Shown here: in pieces, positions 45,447 through 54,965 of the stretch
How the letters are laid out: each line of letters begins with the position of its first letter
Numbering within the stretch: the stretch's first letter is position 1
Assembly (NCBI GenBank): GCA_963837365.1
Contig: CAWIMW010000007.1
Location: 70,478 to 134,477 of the forward strand
Direction: 5' to 3'
Origin: an uncultured Acidobacteriota bacterium
Lineage (GTDB): Bacteria; Acidobacteriota; Terriglobia; Terriglobales; Acidobacteriaceae
DNA length: 64,000 nucleotides
The notes under the pieces: generated by a model
What the model was told of the DNA's origin: nothing
The model's input: only the letters and a program-made list of their open reading frames with translations
Databases searched by the model: none
Made by a program: the position numbers and the translations under genes

Positions 45447-47377
45447 TTATTTCTGCGCGCTTTGCTCTTTTCTTTTCTTCGCCTCTTCCTCAAAGTATTT
45501 CTGAAACTTGTCCCAGGTAGGCTGGAGCTGCTGCGGATCGTGGACCAGCGAGGCGAAAAATGCGGTAGCGTCCACCTCTCCGGGCATACCGCCGATATTG
45601 CGCCAATTCGCCGGCTGCGGCGGTCCGCCCGGCGAGCCGGCAGGAGGAATGATTGACGGAAGTTGGAACGCATACATGCTCCCCCCAGCAAGGGGTTCAT
45701 GCGGATACTGCAAAAGCCAGCCGCAATTGTGTGCGTCTAGAATGTAGCCCGCCGACACTACGACCCAACGGCCTCCATCGCTCACAGCCGGGTTCTGGCA
45801 GTTCCATGTTTCGGCCTGTTTCATGTACACGGTCGGATCGAAGAAACCGTATGCATCCAGCGGTACGCGTTGTAACCCGCGGGATCGGGCCCAATCTGCC
45901 ACTTCAGGCAATGACTGGTTCCAGTCGAGATTGGAATCATTCACCAGCTCGTAGTTGGGCCGCCCCATGCTCAAAGTGTTGAGGAACGGCATGTAGTGGG
46001 GATAAATACGGATTGCCAGGACGATCAACACTGCTGCCAATGCTGCTGTGAGCCAGGCACTCGGGCGCGCACCTGGCCAACCTGAGTTACGCAACGCCTC
46101 CAGCATGCGCGGCAACGGCGCCAGCAGCAAAATGATGAGCGCCAGTGGCGTCAAAAAATGACGGATGCTGATGGTCAGCCGGCTGAGGACGCAGGCAGCA
46201 AAGAACATCAACAGAAACGTCCACACCGCGCGCCAGTGCAGTTCCATCCCGTCGCGCACCGGAGAAAGCCCGGTTTTCAAGCGTGATTTCGTCACCCGCC
46301 GGACAACCAACGCCAAGAGCAGCAGGCCAAGAAACGCCAGCGGCGATTTCAGCAAAAACAGTATTGGGAAGTAAAACCACTCTCCGTGGGGATAAGTGTG
46401 GCCAAGGATGAAAGTTGGCCGGCTGGCGGTGAACAGGAACGTGGCGAAACCTTGCAGGAAAATCCAAATGGGCATCAACGCACGCCGCAAAAATGGGGAT
46501 GCGGGAAAGTGGGGAATGACCGAGAACGAAGCGGTCGGTTGTTCCCAGGAGCAGATCAAATACGTGAAATACACGACCAAGGCGGCCAGCACTGTGCCTT
46601 TGATTAACGCTCCCCAGCGTTTGCGGCGCCAGGCTCGTAACTCGGCCTTTTCGGATGGCATGCCCGGGAACGCGGCCGGATGCGCAGGCTGACGATGAAC
46701 GCGACAAAACAGAAAAACAAAAGTCCGGCGGAAAACTTGGAGAGAATCGCAGCTCCCAGAGCAAAGCCGAACCTGAGCACATTTCCGCGGGAAGGCGTTT
46801 GCCACATGCCGGCAAAAGCCCACATGGTCAGCAGAGAAAAAAGCGTGACCACCGTGTCTGAGAGAACCAGCGGCCCAAACGCAATGAACGCCGGCATGGT
46901 GGCAAAGGCGCACAGAGAAAGCAGCCCGCCGGCTGGGCTCGTCAGTCGTTTACCATAGACGTAAAGTACCCATCCCAGCAGCAGGGTTACCAGCAGCATG
47001 GGAACGCGCGCCCACCACACGGTGCTGATGGGGTCATTCCAAGTGGCGATGAAGTAATGCCCGAACACCCATTGCCCGATGTATTGCTTGAAAAAGCCCT
47101 GGTCGCTGAATGTCCACGAGACATGCGTGTAGTCAGCTTTGGCGCCCCGCAAGGCGAGCGGGATTCCCGCCAGGATTTTGCTCAGCGGCGGGTGTTCCAT
47201 GTTCAGTCGTAGATCGAGTTTTTGAACGTAGCTGGTCCCGGCTGCGATGTGGGAAAGTTCATCGAAAGTAACCGACTCCCGCCGCGCGGCGCCTCCGGCA
47301 AGTATGCCCATCAAGGCCACAAGAAGGACGGCTGCAGCGGTGATAACTTTCGATTGGAGCGTGCGTTCAGAGGTCAT
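45447..47377 (-). pseudogene. GT39/ArnT-like (PMT_2-type) membrane glycosyltransferase, split by a 1-nt frameshift
   Basis: ORFs 46604..47377 and 45447..46913 overlap. Frame A ends with a helix ...LLFFCFVAFIVSLRIRP. Frame B continues AAFPGMPSEKAELRAWRRKRWGALIKGTVLAALVVYF... The junction is near 46665-46685. The N-terminal part has a typical GT-C look (FDELSHIAAGTSY..., many TM segments). Confidence 0.7.
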
Positions 47378-47607
47378 ATCTGAGATACGAATCTACTGCG
47401 GCTCAAGTTCTGGACTGGCGGGAACGCCAAAAGTATATACGACCGGACATCCAGAAAATGCAGCTATACTTAGGCTTGGCGTGCAGGACGCCACCCGTCC
47501 GCGGACAGGACCGAGTCCACCTGAGTGAATTTGAAAATCAAGGTTCCTAACGAACCTCCTTTTCGCCCGTACCGGCGGACTCGGGCATGACCTGAAGGAG
47601 GTCCGTC

Positions 47608-48852
47608 ATGGCTGATCGTCACTTTCCTGTCCGTCCTAACCTCGAACAACTCAAACACCAAGCCAAGGATTTACTGCGCGCTGTCAGGCGCGGGGATGCT
47701 TCGTCGGTCGCAGACTTCCAGAAACATCACGCGAAGCAAATTGACCCCGGCCAGGCGAAACTGGCCGATGCTCAATTCGCGCTGGCAAGAAGTTATGGAC
47801 TGCCGAGTTGGCCTCGCTTGGTCGTTGCCTGCCGGATGACGAACGCGATCTGGGCCGGAGATATGGCCACGGTTCGTGAGTTGATCATGAAAGATCCAAA
47901 GCTACTGCACGAAGACGCTCGTGGCGTGAAAGGCAACTGGGGACCACCGATGTCCTACGCCGCGAACCTCGGCCGGGACGAAATCATTCAGATGCTTCAC
48001 GAGTTCGGCGCAAAGGATCTCCAGCACGCTTTTTCCCGCGCCTGTCTTCAGGGAAGGATTGAAACCGCCAAGCGTCTTCATGCGATTGGCGGTCGACTCG
48101 CGCCCGGTGCAGTGATGGGGCCTTGCGAGACTTTGTCTGCGACGGGCCTGGAATTTCAGCTTCAACTCGGCGCTGAACTCGCCGATCAGCACGGCGATCC
48201 TCTGGCGCCCTGTGCTCTGGTTCTGCAAACGTACAGTCGCAATCCGAAAGGGAAACATCGCTGCCTGGAAGTCATGGCTCAACATGGGGTCCATCTTCCC
48301 GACACTCCGACAATGGCAATGCATCGCGGACGAAATGATTTGCTGGAAAAACATCTGCAACGCGACCTTCATTTGTTCAGCCGAACTTTCTCTCACCAAG
48401 AAATCTATCCACCAGAATTAGGCTGCCATACCGATCATTCTCTTGCGCTCCAAGGCACGCCACTTGCGGGGACAACGCTATTGCACCAGTGCGTAGATTT
48501 TGACGAGTTCGAGATTGCTCGTTGGATGCTCGAGCATGGGGCCGATGTAAACGCAAAGGCGGAAGTTGACGACGAAGGCTTCGGTGGCCATACGGCGCTA
48601 TTCGGGTGTGTAGTCTCGCAGCCTTACCGCACCAATTTGCGGACCGACGACAGCTTTGCCCGCTTCCTCCTGGACCATGGGGCAGACCCGAATGTCCGTG
48701 CTTCGCTGCGAAAGCGCCTCCGCTTTGTGGAAGACGAGACGATGCACGAGTACCGCGATGTCACGCCGCTCTCCTGGGGGAAGCAATTTCACGATCAGGA
48801 TTGGGTCAATAGAAGTGCGATGCGGTTGATTGCCGAGCGTGGCGTGAAATGA
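47608..48852 (+). CDS. Ankyrin-repeat protein
   Basis: GAAGGAGG SD. Ankyrin-type repeats are visible (GTTLLHQCVDFDEFEIARWMLEHGADVNA...GHTALFGCV...FLLDHGADPNV). Confidence 0.75.
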   Translation: MADRHFPVRPNLEQLKHQAKDLLRAVRRGDASSVADFQKHHAKQIDPGQAKLADAQFALARSYGLPSWPRLVVACRMTNAIWAGDMATVRELIMKDPKLLHEDARGVKGNWGPPMSYAANLGRDEIIQMLHEFGAKDLQHAFSRACLQGRIETAKRLHAIGGRLAPGAVMGPCETLSATGLEFQLQLGAELADQHGDPLAPCALVLQTYSRNPKGKHRCLEVMAQHGVHLPDTPTMAMHRGRNDLLEKHLQRDLHLFSRTFSHQEIYPPELGCHTDHSLALQGTPLAGTTLLHQCVDFDEFEIARWMLEHGADVNAKAEVDDEGFGGHTALFGCVVSQPYRTNLRTDDSFARFLLDHGADPNVRASLRKRLRFVEDETMHEYRDVTPLSWGKQFHDQDWVNRSAMRLIAERGVK

Positions 48853-48900
48853 CCGTAGGAGGCCAACGTTTTTACCCAGGGCGTAAATCAGTCCGAATAA

Positions 48901-48998
48901 GCCGCAAAGCGGCGAAAGATTGCAGCCCAGGGCGAAGGGCGTGGTGTTCGCCCTTCGCCCTGGGTCAGAAACAAACAAGTGGCAAGCCCCGAAGGGGC
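48901..48998. repeat. REP-like cluster of three GC-rich hairpins
   Basis: gccgc-aaa-gcggc at 48901-48913. A perfect 16-bp stem: cccagggcgaagggcg (48926-48941) pairs with cgcccttcgccctggg (48949-48964). gcccc-gaa-ggggc at 48986-48998. Confidence 0.55.
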
Positions 48999-49102
48999 GA
49001 AAGAAACCCAAGCCCCGAATTTGAATCACCTGATGGCAATCCCAAGGCCCCTGGAGCGCGGAGTATAATTTAAGGACTGTTCGTCACGATTTAAGGAGCA
49101 TT

Positions 49103-50050
49103 ATGGCCCTCCAGAAGACGGAAAACATCTGGCACAACGGCAAATTGGTCCCCTGGGACAAAGCCACCATCCACGTCATGTCCCATGTGGTCCACTACGG
49201 ATCGGCAGTATTTGAAGGTGTGCGTTGCTATGCCCCGCAGGGCAGCCCTGCCATTTTTCGCGCCCCGGAGCATATGCAGCGACTTCTGGATTCGGCCAAG
49301 GTTTACCGCATGGATGTGGATTACTCGGTGGACGAGCTGGTCTCCGCGACAAGCGAGTTGATCAAGGCAAACGGCGCATGGCCCTGCTACATTCGCCCAA
49401 TTGTGTTGCGGGGATACGGCGAAATGGGCGTGAGCCCGCTGAACTGCCCGGTCGAGGTTTACATCGCGAATTATCCCTGGGGTAAGTACCTGGGCGGCGA
49501 AGGCAACGAAGGCGTGGATGTCTGCGTTTCCTCCTGGAACCGCCTGGCGCCGAACACATTGCCCGCGATGGCCAAAGCCGGCGCCAACTACATGAATTCC
49601 CAGCTCATCAAGATGGAAGCGGTGTTGAATGGTTATTCCGAAGGCGTAGCACTCGATACCAACGGATACGTAAGCGAAGGTTCCGGCGAAAATGTTTTTG
49701 TGGTCCGCAATGGCGTACTGCAAACCGCGCCTCTGGGGAACTCAGTGTTACCCGGTATCACCCGCGATTCGGTGCTGAAGATCGCCCGCGACCTGGGAAT
49801 CACAGTGGTAGAAGCGGGTATCCCGCGTGAGATGCTCTACATCTCCGACGAAGTCTTCTTCACTGGCACCGCCGCCGAGGTCACGCCCATCCGTTCGGTG
49901 GACAAGATCAGCGTGGGCAAAGGCGTAGTCGGCCCGGTCACCAAGGCGGTGCAGAAGGAATTCTTCGCCATCGTCCGCGGTGAGAAGCCGGACCGTTACA
50001 AATGGCTCACCCCAGTGGCGGTCGGAAGCAAGCAACCAGTCGGAGTATAA
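49103..50050 (+). CDS. ilvE: Branched-chain amino acid aminotransferase
   Basis: [32 protein letters not shown]...[13 protein letters not shown]...GENVFVV...LPGITR are class IV aminotransferase blocks. Confidence 0.9.
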   Translation: MALQKTENIWHNGKLVPWDKATIHVMSHVVHYGSAVFEGVRCYAPQGSPAIFRAPEHMQRLLDSAKVYRMDVDYSVDELVSATSELIKANGAWPCYIRPIVLRGYGEMGVSPLNCPVEVYIANYPWGKYLGGEGNEGVDVCVSSWNRLAPNTLPAMAKAGANYMNSQLIKMEAVLNGYSEGVALDTNGYVSEGSGENVFVVRNGVLQTAPLGNSVLPGITRDSVLKIARDLGITVVEAGIPREMLYISDEVFFTGTAAEVTPIRSVDKISVGKGVVGPVTKAVQKEFFAIVRGEKPDRYKWLTPVAVGSKQPVGV

Positions 50051-50067
50051 TCAGGCCCGTCAAATTT

Positions 50068-50104
50068 ACAGAAGGGGCGCCCGGCGCTCCTTCTGTCCTC
50101 TTTT
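50068..50104 (+). terminator. Rho-independent terminator after ilvE
   Basis: acagaaggggcgc (50068-50080) pairs with gcgctccttctgt (50084-96), followed by cctctttt. Confidence 0.6.
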
Positions 50105-50139
50105 AAAGTAAAACCAACCGTTACCCATACGGAGGAATT

Positions 50140-50805
50140 ATGTCTCAAGGCCTCACTCCCGATTTTGCCGAGGGCTATCGCTGGATGATGCTAGACGGCA
50201 TCAAGCGCGAAGCCGAAATCACCAAAAAAGTATTCGCCGCAATTCCCGACGCCAAGTCCGATTACAAACCCGATCCCCACGCCCGCACGGCCTGGGAACT
50301 CGCCTGGCACGTGGCCAACACCGATGTCCAGTTTCTCGACGCCATCGCCGACCTGAAGTTCGATATGGAGGCCATGCAAACTCCTCGCGCCGACAAGCCT
50401 ACCAACGTCAGCGAACTGGTCGCATGGTATGAAAAGCATATGCAGCGCGGAGCGACGCGGGTCGCAACCATGTCGACAGAACAGCTGCTTACTCCGGTTG
50501 AATTTGTTGGGGTGTTCAATTTTCCTGCGGTGTTTTACCTGGGATTCTTGAACAATCACAGCATCCATCATCGCGGCGAGCTGGCCACTTACCTGCGGCC
50601 GATGGGATCGAAGTGTCCTTCGATTTACGGCGGCAGTTACGATGAGCCGTTCCAGCCACCGGCCCGGCGGAGAACCCGGCAGCGTAAGGCTGCGAACTTT
50701 AGGAAATTGCCGACGAGCCGCCCACAAAGGGCGGCTCTTCGGCTTCAGCGCTACTTTCCCGCACCATACTACTTTTACCGGATATTTTTCGAAATCCCGG
50801 TCTGA
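50140..50805 (+). CDS. DinB-family protein; annotated 3' end probably artefactually extended
   Basis: DinB-like 4-helix pattern (AWELAWHVANTDVQFLD...NNHSIHHRGELATYLR). The last ~45 codons are R/P-rich and read through a 9-bp GC hairpin (50715-50737). An alternative frame reaches TAA at 50685-50687. Confidence 0.65.
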   Translation: MSQGLTPDFAEGYRWMMLDGIKREAEITKKVFAAIPDAKSDYKPDPHARTAWELAWHVANTDVQFLDAIADLKFDMEAMQTPRADKPTNVSELVAWYEKHMQRGATRVATMSTEQLLTPVEFVGVFNFPAVFYLGFLNNHSIHHRGELATYLRPMGSKCPSIYGGSYDEPFQPPARRRTRQRKAANFRKLPTSRPQRAALRLQRYFPAPYYFYRIFFEIPV

Positions 50806-51149
50806 GGTAAGAACGACCATTTCCTCGACCAACGCTTGGGCAATGATAAGGCGGTCAAAAGGGTCTTTATGGTGGAGCGGCAAGTCGAACACTTTAGCGC
50901 GTGATTTGGTTAGCGGCGAGCGGTTGAATATTTTGCTCCGCTAATCGTCTGGGGATGTAACTCGGAGGGGCCTCTGGCAGAACGTATTTTCCTAATTGTG
51001 TGCTTTGATGCAGATTTCCCAGGTACTGCCGATCGAAAGATAAACCTCCGCTGTTTCGTTGCTGAGGACCGCGCGCCCTGCGTCTCCAATATTCTCCGGC
51101 GCGAGCTTACACTCCATAGCCAGACCATCGTGTCGAGAAGATATTTCAT
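50764..51149 (-). pseudogene. PIN-domain VapC-type toxin, disrupted by at least 3 frameshifts
   Basis: Stitching three frames gives MKYLLDTMVWLWSVS / APENIGDAGRAVLSNETAEVYLSIGSTWEICIKA / QLGKYVLPEAPPSYIPRRLAEQNIQPLAANQITR / AKVFDLPLHHKDPFDRLIIAQALVEEMVVLTSDRDFEKYPVKVVW. The ATG at 51149 overlaps the antitoxin-frame TGA (ATGA). Confidence 0.7.
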
Positions 51150-51418
51150 TTGTCTTTTTTGGTGGGGCTCGACAACGGCAGGAAGCTCTCCCCCGTAAAA
51201 CGCTTCGAGCAAATCATCCGGAAGGGTGTCGGAATCCTCGGCAATCCAGACTTTCCCGCGATCCATTCCGAGTGGGCGAGCTTTCCCTTTGGGTTGGAGA
51301 GGCGCCAGCCGGGCCACTGGCACTCCCGCCTTTGCGATGATGATCTCTTCCCCCCTTGACTAACTCGCTCAATCAGTTTGGAGAAGTGGGTTTTCGCTTC
51401 ATGGATGTTAATTTCCAT
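51146..51418 (-). pseudogene. Phd/YefM-type antitoxin, disrupted by homopolymer-length frameshifts
   Basis: ATG 51418 gives MEINIHEAKTHFSKLIERVSQG. A run of 6 G (plus-strand C6, 51350-51355) breaks the frame. The other frame continues EEIIIAKAGVPVARLAPLQPKGKARPLGMDRGKVWIAEDSDTLPDDLLEAFYGGE. An A6 run (plus-strand T6, 51155-51160) prevents return to the TGA that overlaps the toxin ATG. Confidence 0.65.
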
Positions 51419-51428
51419 TCCTCTATTA

Positions 51429-51454
51429 TAGACTAAGTCCATAGACTAAGTCTA
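51429..51454. promoter_or_regulatory. Two tandem palindromic operator-like sites upstream of the antitoxin
   Basis: TAGACTAAGTCCA (51429-51441, one mismatch) and the perfect palindrome TAGACTAAGTCTA (51442-51454). They lie 11-36 nt upstream of the antitoxin ATG. Confidence 0.45.
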
Positions 51455-51588
51455 TTTAGATTACCGTCATTTTTCGATATTCACTTAACACTCATCAGTC
51501 CAATTACTTAGGTCATCTTGGGCTTGATGCCGATTGGGTAGATCATACGCATAGCAGTCTGCCCAATCCGCTGGGGGAAGAGTCTCGA

Positions 51589-52713
51589 ATGAATATTGAT
51601 GACCTGCTTCGTATCGCCATGGAACGGCGATCTTCCGATTTGCACCTGAAGGTCGGAAACTATCCCCACCTGCGCATTGACGGCGAACTGGTACCCCTGA
51701 CCGATCAGCCGCGTGTCAGCGCCGAAGACATGCTGACCATGGCCTTCAGTATGATGTCCGCGCGCCAGAAGCAAAAATTCAAAGAGAACACCGAAATTGA
51801 CATGGCCTACGGCGTCGCCGGACTAGGCCGCTTCCGTGTGAACGTATTTCAGCAGCGCGGCAACGTGGGATTGGTGCTGCGCGTCATCCCGACCAAGATC
51901 CGCGCTTTGGATGAACTCTATCTGCCCAAAATTGTCGAGCAGATTTGCGACCTGCCTCGCGGCTTGATCTTGGTCACCGGCGTCACCGGTTCCGGTAAGT
52001 CAACCACCCTGGCCGCCATGGTGGACCGCATCAACTCCACCCGAGCGGAACATATCATCACCATCGAAGACCCCATCGAATTCCTGCATCGCGACAAAAA
52101 GGGATACGTCAATCAGCGCGAAATCGAAGTAGACACGCCGACCTTTTCGGCGGCGCTTCGCGCTTCACTCCGGCAAGACCCTGACGTCATCCTGGTCGGC
52201 GAAATGCGTGACGTGGAAACCATCGGCACCGCTCTGCACGCCGCAGAAACCGGACACATGGTGTTCTCGACCTTGCATACTCTGGATGCGGTCGAAACCA
52301 TCAACCGTATCATCGCCGTCTTCCCGCCGCCGGAGCAGAAGCAGATCCGCTTGCAGTTGGCTGCAATATTGCGGGCTGTGGTCAGCCAGCGGCTAGTCAA
52401 GCGCTGTGACTCCGAAGGCCGCGTGCCTGCTGTAGAAGTCATGATCAACACCGCATATATTCGCGAATGTATCCTGGTCCCGGAAAAAACCCGCGCGATC
52501 CGCGATGCTATTTCTGCCGGAACTTCGCAGTACGGCATGCAGACCTTCGACCAGTCGCTCTGGGACTTGTTCCAGGCTGGTCTGATCTCTTACGAAATCG
52601 CTTTGGAAAACGCCTCCAACGCCGACGACTTCAAGCTGCGTATGCAGGGGGTCTCTTCCTCCAGCGATCTGTCGCGCAACGAGATGCAGGCGGCAGGTTT
52701 CGGCGGCCGTTAA
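51589..52713 (+). CDS. pilT: Type IV pilus retraction ATPase PilT
   Basis: ASDLHL-like motif (SSDLHLKVGNYPHLRIDGEL). Walker A GVTGSGKSTTLAAM. Asp box, Walker B (ILVGEMRD) and His box (TGHMVFSTLHT). Confidence 0.9.
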   Translation: MNIDDLLRIAMERRSSDLHLKVGNYPHLRIDGELVPLTDQPRVSAEDMLTMAFSMMSARQKQKFKENTEIDMAYGVAGLGRFRVNVFQQRGNVGLVLRVIPTKIRALDELYLPKIVEQICDLPRGLILVTGVTGSGKSTTLAAMVDRINSTRAEHIITIEDPIEFLHRDKKGYVNQREIEVDTPTFSAALRASLRQDPDVILVGEMRDVETIGTALHAAETGHMVFSTLHTLDAVETINRIIAVFPPPEQKQIRLQLAAILRAVVSQRLVKRCDSEGRVPAVEVMINTAYIRECILVPEKTRAIRDAISAGTSQYGMQTFDQSLWDLFQAGLISYEIALENASNADDFKLRMQGVSSSSDLSRNEMQAAGFGGR

Positions 52714-52723
52714 CTTTCAACCT

Positions 52724-53881
52724 CTACCAGACTTTGGCAGCTTCCGCAGGAATGGGAAGATGCTTCTCTTTTGGGCGCAATCGGCGGCGGAACGGCTGTT
52801 CGATATACCAATAAACCACGATGGAAACTCCCACCATAATCGCGATTCCCACCAGAACACCAAGCAAACTTTGATGGTGCAGGTTCTGATAGGGATCAAA
52901 GTAGATTGCGATCATCCAGCTGTGCAGCAAATAGAGGCTGTAGCTGGCATCTCCCAGGAGTACGAGCGGTTTTATCTCAACAACCTTCGCCCACCTCGGT
53001 CGCAAGGCCAGTCCATAAATAACAATGGCAAACGCCGGCGTCAGCAGCGAATCATGCAGGATGGTGTAGGGAATCTTCGCACTAAAGGTGACGGCGGCAG
53101 CAGACATCAGCAGTCCGGCCAATATCAAAGGCGTCGCCCATTTGCGACCGATTGAATTCCGCAGAAAAAGAAAGCCCAGGCACATGCCGGCCAGAAACTC
53201 CGGCACACGGGCTAGAGGGTGAAATTTGACTGCGTCCAGCCAGAACAGATGCAGAGACTGATCATTCACCTGCATCACCCCGTCGGGTTTGAAAATCGCA
53301 TATCCGGATGAGAGAACAAGACTAAAAAACCAGGCAAGAACAGCGATGATCGCCAGCTTACGTCCAGACTTCCGCGTCAGCCATACCACCAGCAAGGGGA
53401 AAGCCACATAAAAGAATGCTTCGTCGGAAAGACTCCACGCTGGAGAATTCCAGGCCAGTGAAGCCTGCGGCAGCCAGGACTGTAAAAGCAGTGGCGGCAA
53501 AGCCCATGACGCAAACATGTGCGACTTAAACCACGTAAATGCGGGAATATCTATATTCTTAAGAACAACGGTTGCATAGATAAACGAAGGAGCCGTAACC
53601 AGCAACGAGAAAAGATAAGCGGGATAGATTCGCGCCATGCGCGTCTGCCAAAACGTGCGCACAGTCCAAGCCCGCCCGGCATAGGTGTAAACCAGAATGA
53701 ACCCGGACAGCACGAAGAACAGCCCCACCCCGACATACCCAATCGATGACAAATTCCGATACCACCCCGGGCCCGAAGTGACGTGCATGGAATAGAGATG
53801 GAAAATCACCACATGCAGTGCCGCAAAGAAACGCAACGAAGTAAGTGCCGGAAGGCGCGGTCGGTTGACTTCCAGGTCCAT
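52724..53881 (-). CDS. Acyltransferase family 3 (membrane O-acyltransferase)
   Basis: LTSLRFFAALHVVIFH at the N-terminus and about 10 TM segments, typical of Acyl_transf_3. Confidence 0.8.
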   Translation of the reverse strand: MDLEVNRPRLPALTSLRFFAALHVVIFHLYSMHVTSGPGWYRNLSSIGYVGVGLFFVLSGFILVYTYAGRAWTVRTFWQTRMARIYPAYLFSLLVTAPSFIYATVVLKNIDIPAFTWFKSHMFASWALPPLLLQSWLPQASLAWNSPAWSLSDEAFFYVAFPLLVVWLTRKSGRKLAIIAVLAWFFSLVLSSGYAIFKPDGVMQVNDQSLHLFWLDAVKFHPLARVPEFLAGMCLGFLFLRNSIGRKWATPLILAGLLMSAAAVTFSAKIPYTILHDSLLTPAFAIVIYGLALRPRWAKVVEIKPLVLLGDASYSLYLLHSWMIAIYFDPYQNLHHQSLLGVLVGIAIMVGVSIVVYWYIEQPFRRRLRPKEKHLPIPAEAAKVW

Positions 53882-53990
53882 GGATGCCCCTATTGGAGTT
53901 TCATGAAGATAGTTCCGTTTACGGAATAGGGCAAGCCGCGCCTGCCGCAGGCATGTTTTTTCTGCTGATTTTGGAGTACCGTTTGGAAAT

Positions 53991-54524
53991 ATGGCATTCG
54001 CGCGGCCGCGAAAACTCTTTACTGAGCAAGAACTCTATGACTATGCCGTGGGCGCGCTAGGGCGTCGTATGCGTTCGGTGGCTGAGCTCAAGCGCCTGCT
54101 GCGCCCGCGGGTGGAAGCTGACACCGAGGTCGGCCAGACCCTGGTCGAACTCATAGTCCGGAAACTCAAAGACCAGGGATATCTCAATGACACCAGGTAC
54201 GCGGAAGCCTATTCCTCGTACCGCAAGAACAATGAAAAGTTCGGACGCAGGCGCGTCATCACCGAACTTAAAATTAGAGGTGTACACGGCGAGGTGATCG
54301 ACAAAGCCGTCGATGCGGCTTATGAAGAAACTAACGATGAGAAGCAGGCCCGGGCATATCTTCAGCGCAAGCGCTTGAAAAAGCCCATGAATCAAAAAGA
54401 GACGGCAAGAATTTTTCGTCAACTTGTCCGGGCGGGTTTTGCATCAAAGACCATATTCACCATTTTGAAAAAGTGGGATGTGGACGAAGAAACACTGAGC
54501 GCGTTGGATACAGAACTAGAGTAG
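53991..54524 (+). CDS. recX: RecA regulator RecX
   Basis: Three-fold helical repeat pattern (YDYAVGALGRRMRSVAELKRLL...LKDQGYLNDTRYAEAYSSYR...). It lies upstream of alaS, as in many bacteria. Confidence 0.8.
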   Translation: MAFARPRKLFTEQELYDYAVGALGRRMRSVAELKRLLRPRVEADTEVGQTLVELIVRKLKDQGYLNDTRYAEAYSSYRKNNEKFGRRRVITELKIRGVHGEVIDKAVDAAYEETNDEKQARAYLQRKRLKKPMNQKETARIFRQLVRAGFASKTIFTILKKWDVDEETLSALDTELE

Positions 54525-54543
54525 GAACGATAAGGAGAAGTTT

Positions 54544-54948
54544 ATGAAATTCAGATGGGTAATCATTTTAGCCGCAGCGCTGGCCGGGACCTTTGCCTAT
54601 TCGCAAGGCGTCGGAGCCGATGTGAAAGACGCGGCCAAAGACACTGGCGACGCAACTAAAAAAGTCGCTCACAAAACCGCTACCGGCACCAAGAAGGCAG
54701 CCACGAAAACCGCCGACGTAAGCAAAGACGCCGCCAAAGATACCAGCAGCGCCACCAAAACCGCCGCCAAGCATACCGCCAAAGGCACCAAAAAAGCGGC
54801 CAGCAAAACCGAAAGCGCGACAAAAACCGCAACCGCCAAGACCAGCCGCGGCGTTTCCAAGGGAGCTAAGTCAGTGGGCCATGTATTCAAAAAGCCAAAA
54901 GACGACAAGCCCAAAGATCAACCTCAGGACATGCCCGTGCAGAAGTAG
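54544..54948 (+). CDS. Secreted K/A/T-rich protein built of 8-9 exact 11-residue repeats (LEA group 3-like periodicity)
   Basis: Signal peptide MKFRWVIILAAALAGTFAYS. Then AAKDTGDATKK / VAHKTATGTKK / AATKTADVSKD / AAKDTSSATKT / AAKHTAKGTKK / AASKTESATKT / ATAKTSRGVSK / GAKSVGHVFKK. Confidence 0.6.
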   Translation: MKFRWVIILAAALAGTFAYSQGVGADVKDAAKDTGDATKKVAHKTATGTKKAATKTADVSKDAAKDTSSATKTAAKHTAKGTKKAASKTESATKTATAKTSRGVSKGAKSVGHVFKKPKDDKPKDQPQDMPVQK

Positions 54949-54965
54949 CCAGCAAAAACAGGCCA

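Noticed and set aside
50191-50892. A 233-aa minus-strand ORF overlapping dinB.
   Set aside because: Only its first ~45 residues (LPLHHKDPFDRLIIAQALVEEMVVLTSDRDFEKYPVKVVW) are real, and they are the PIN toxin C-terminus. The rest is read-through antisense to dinB because the toxin stop is missing.
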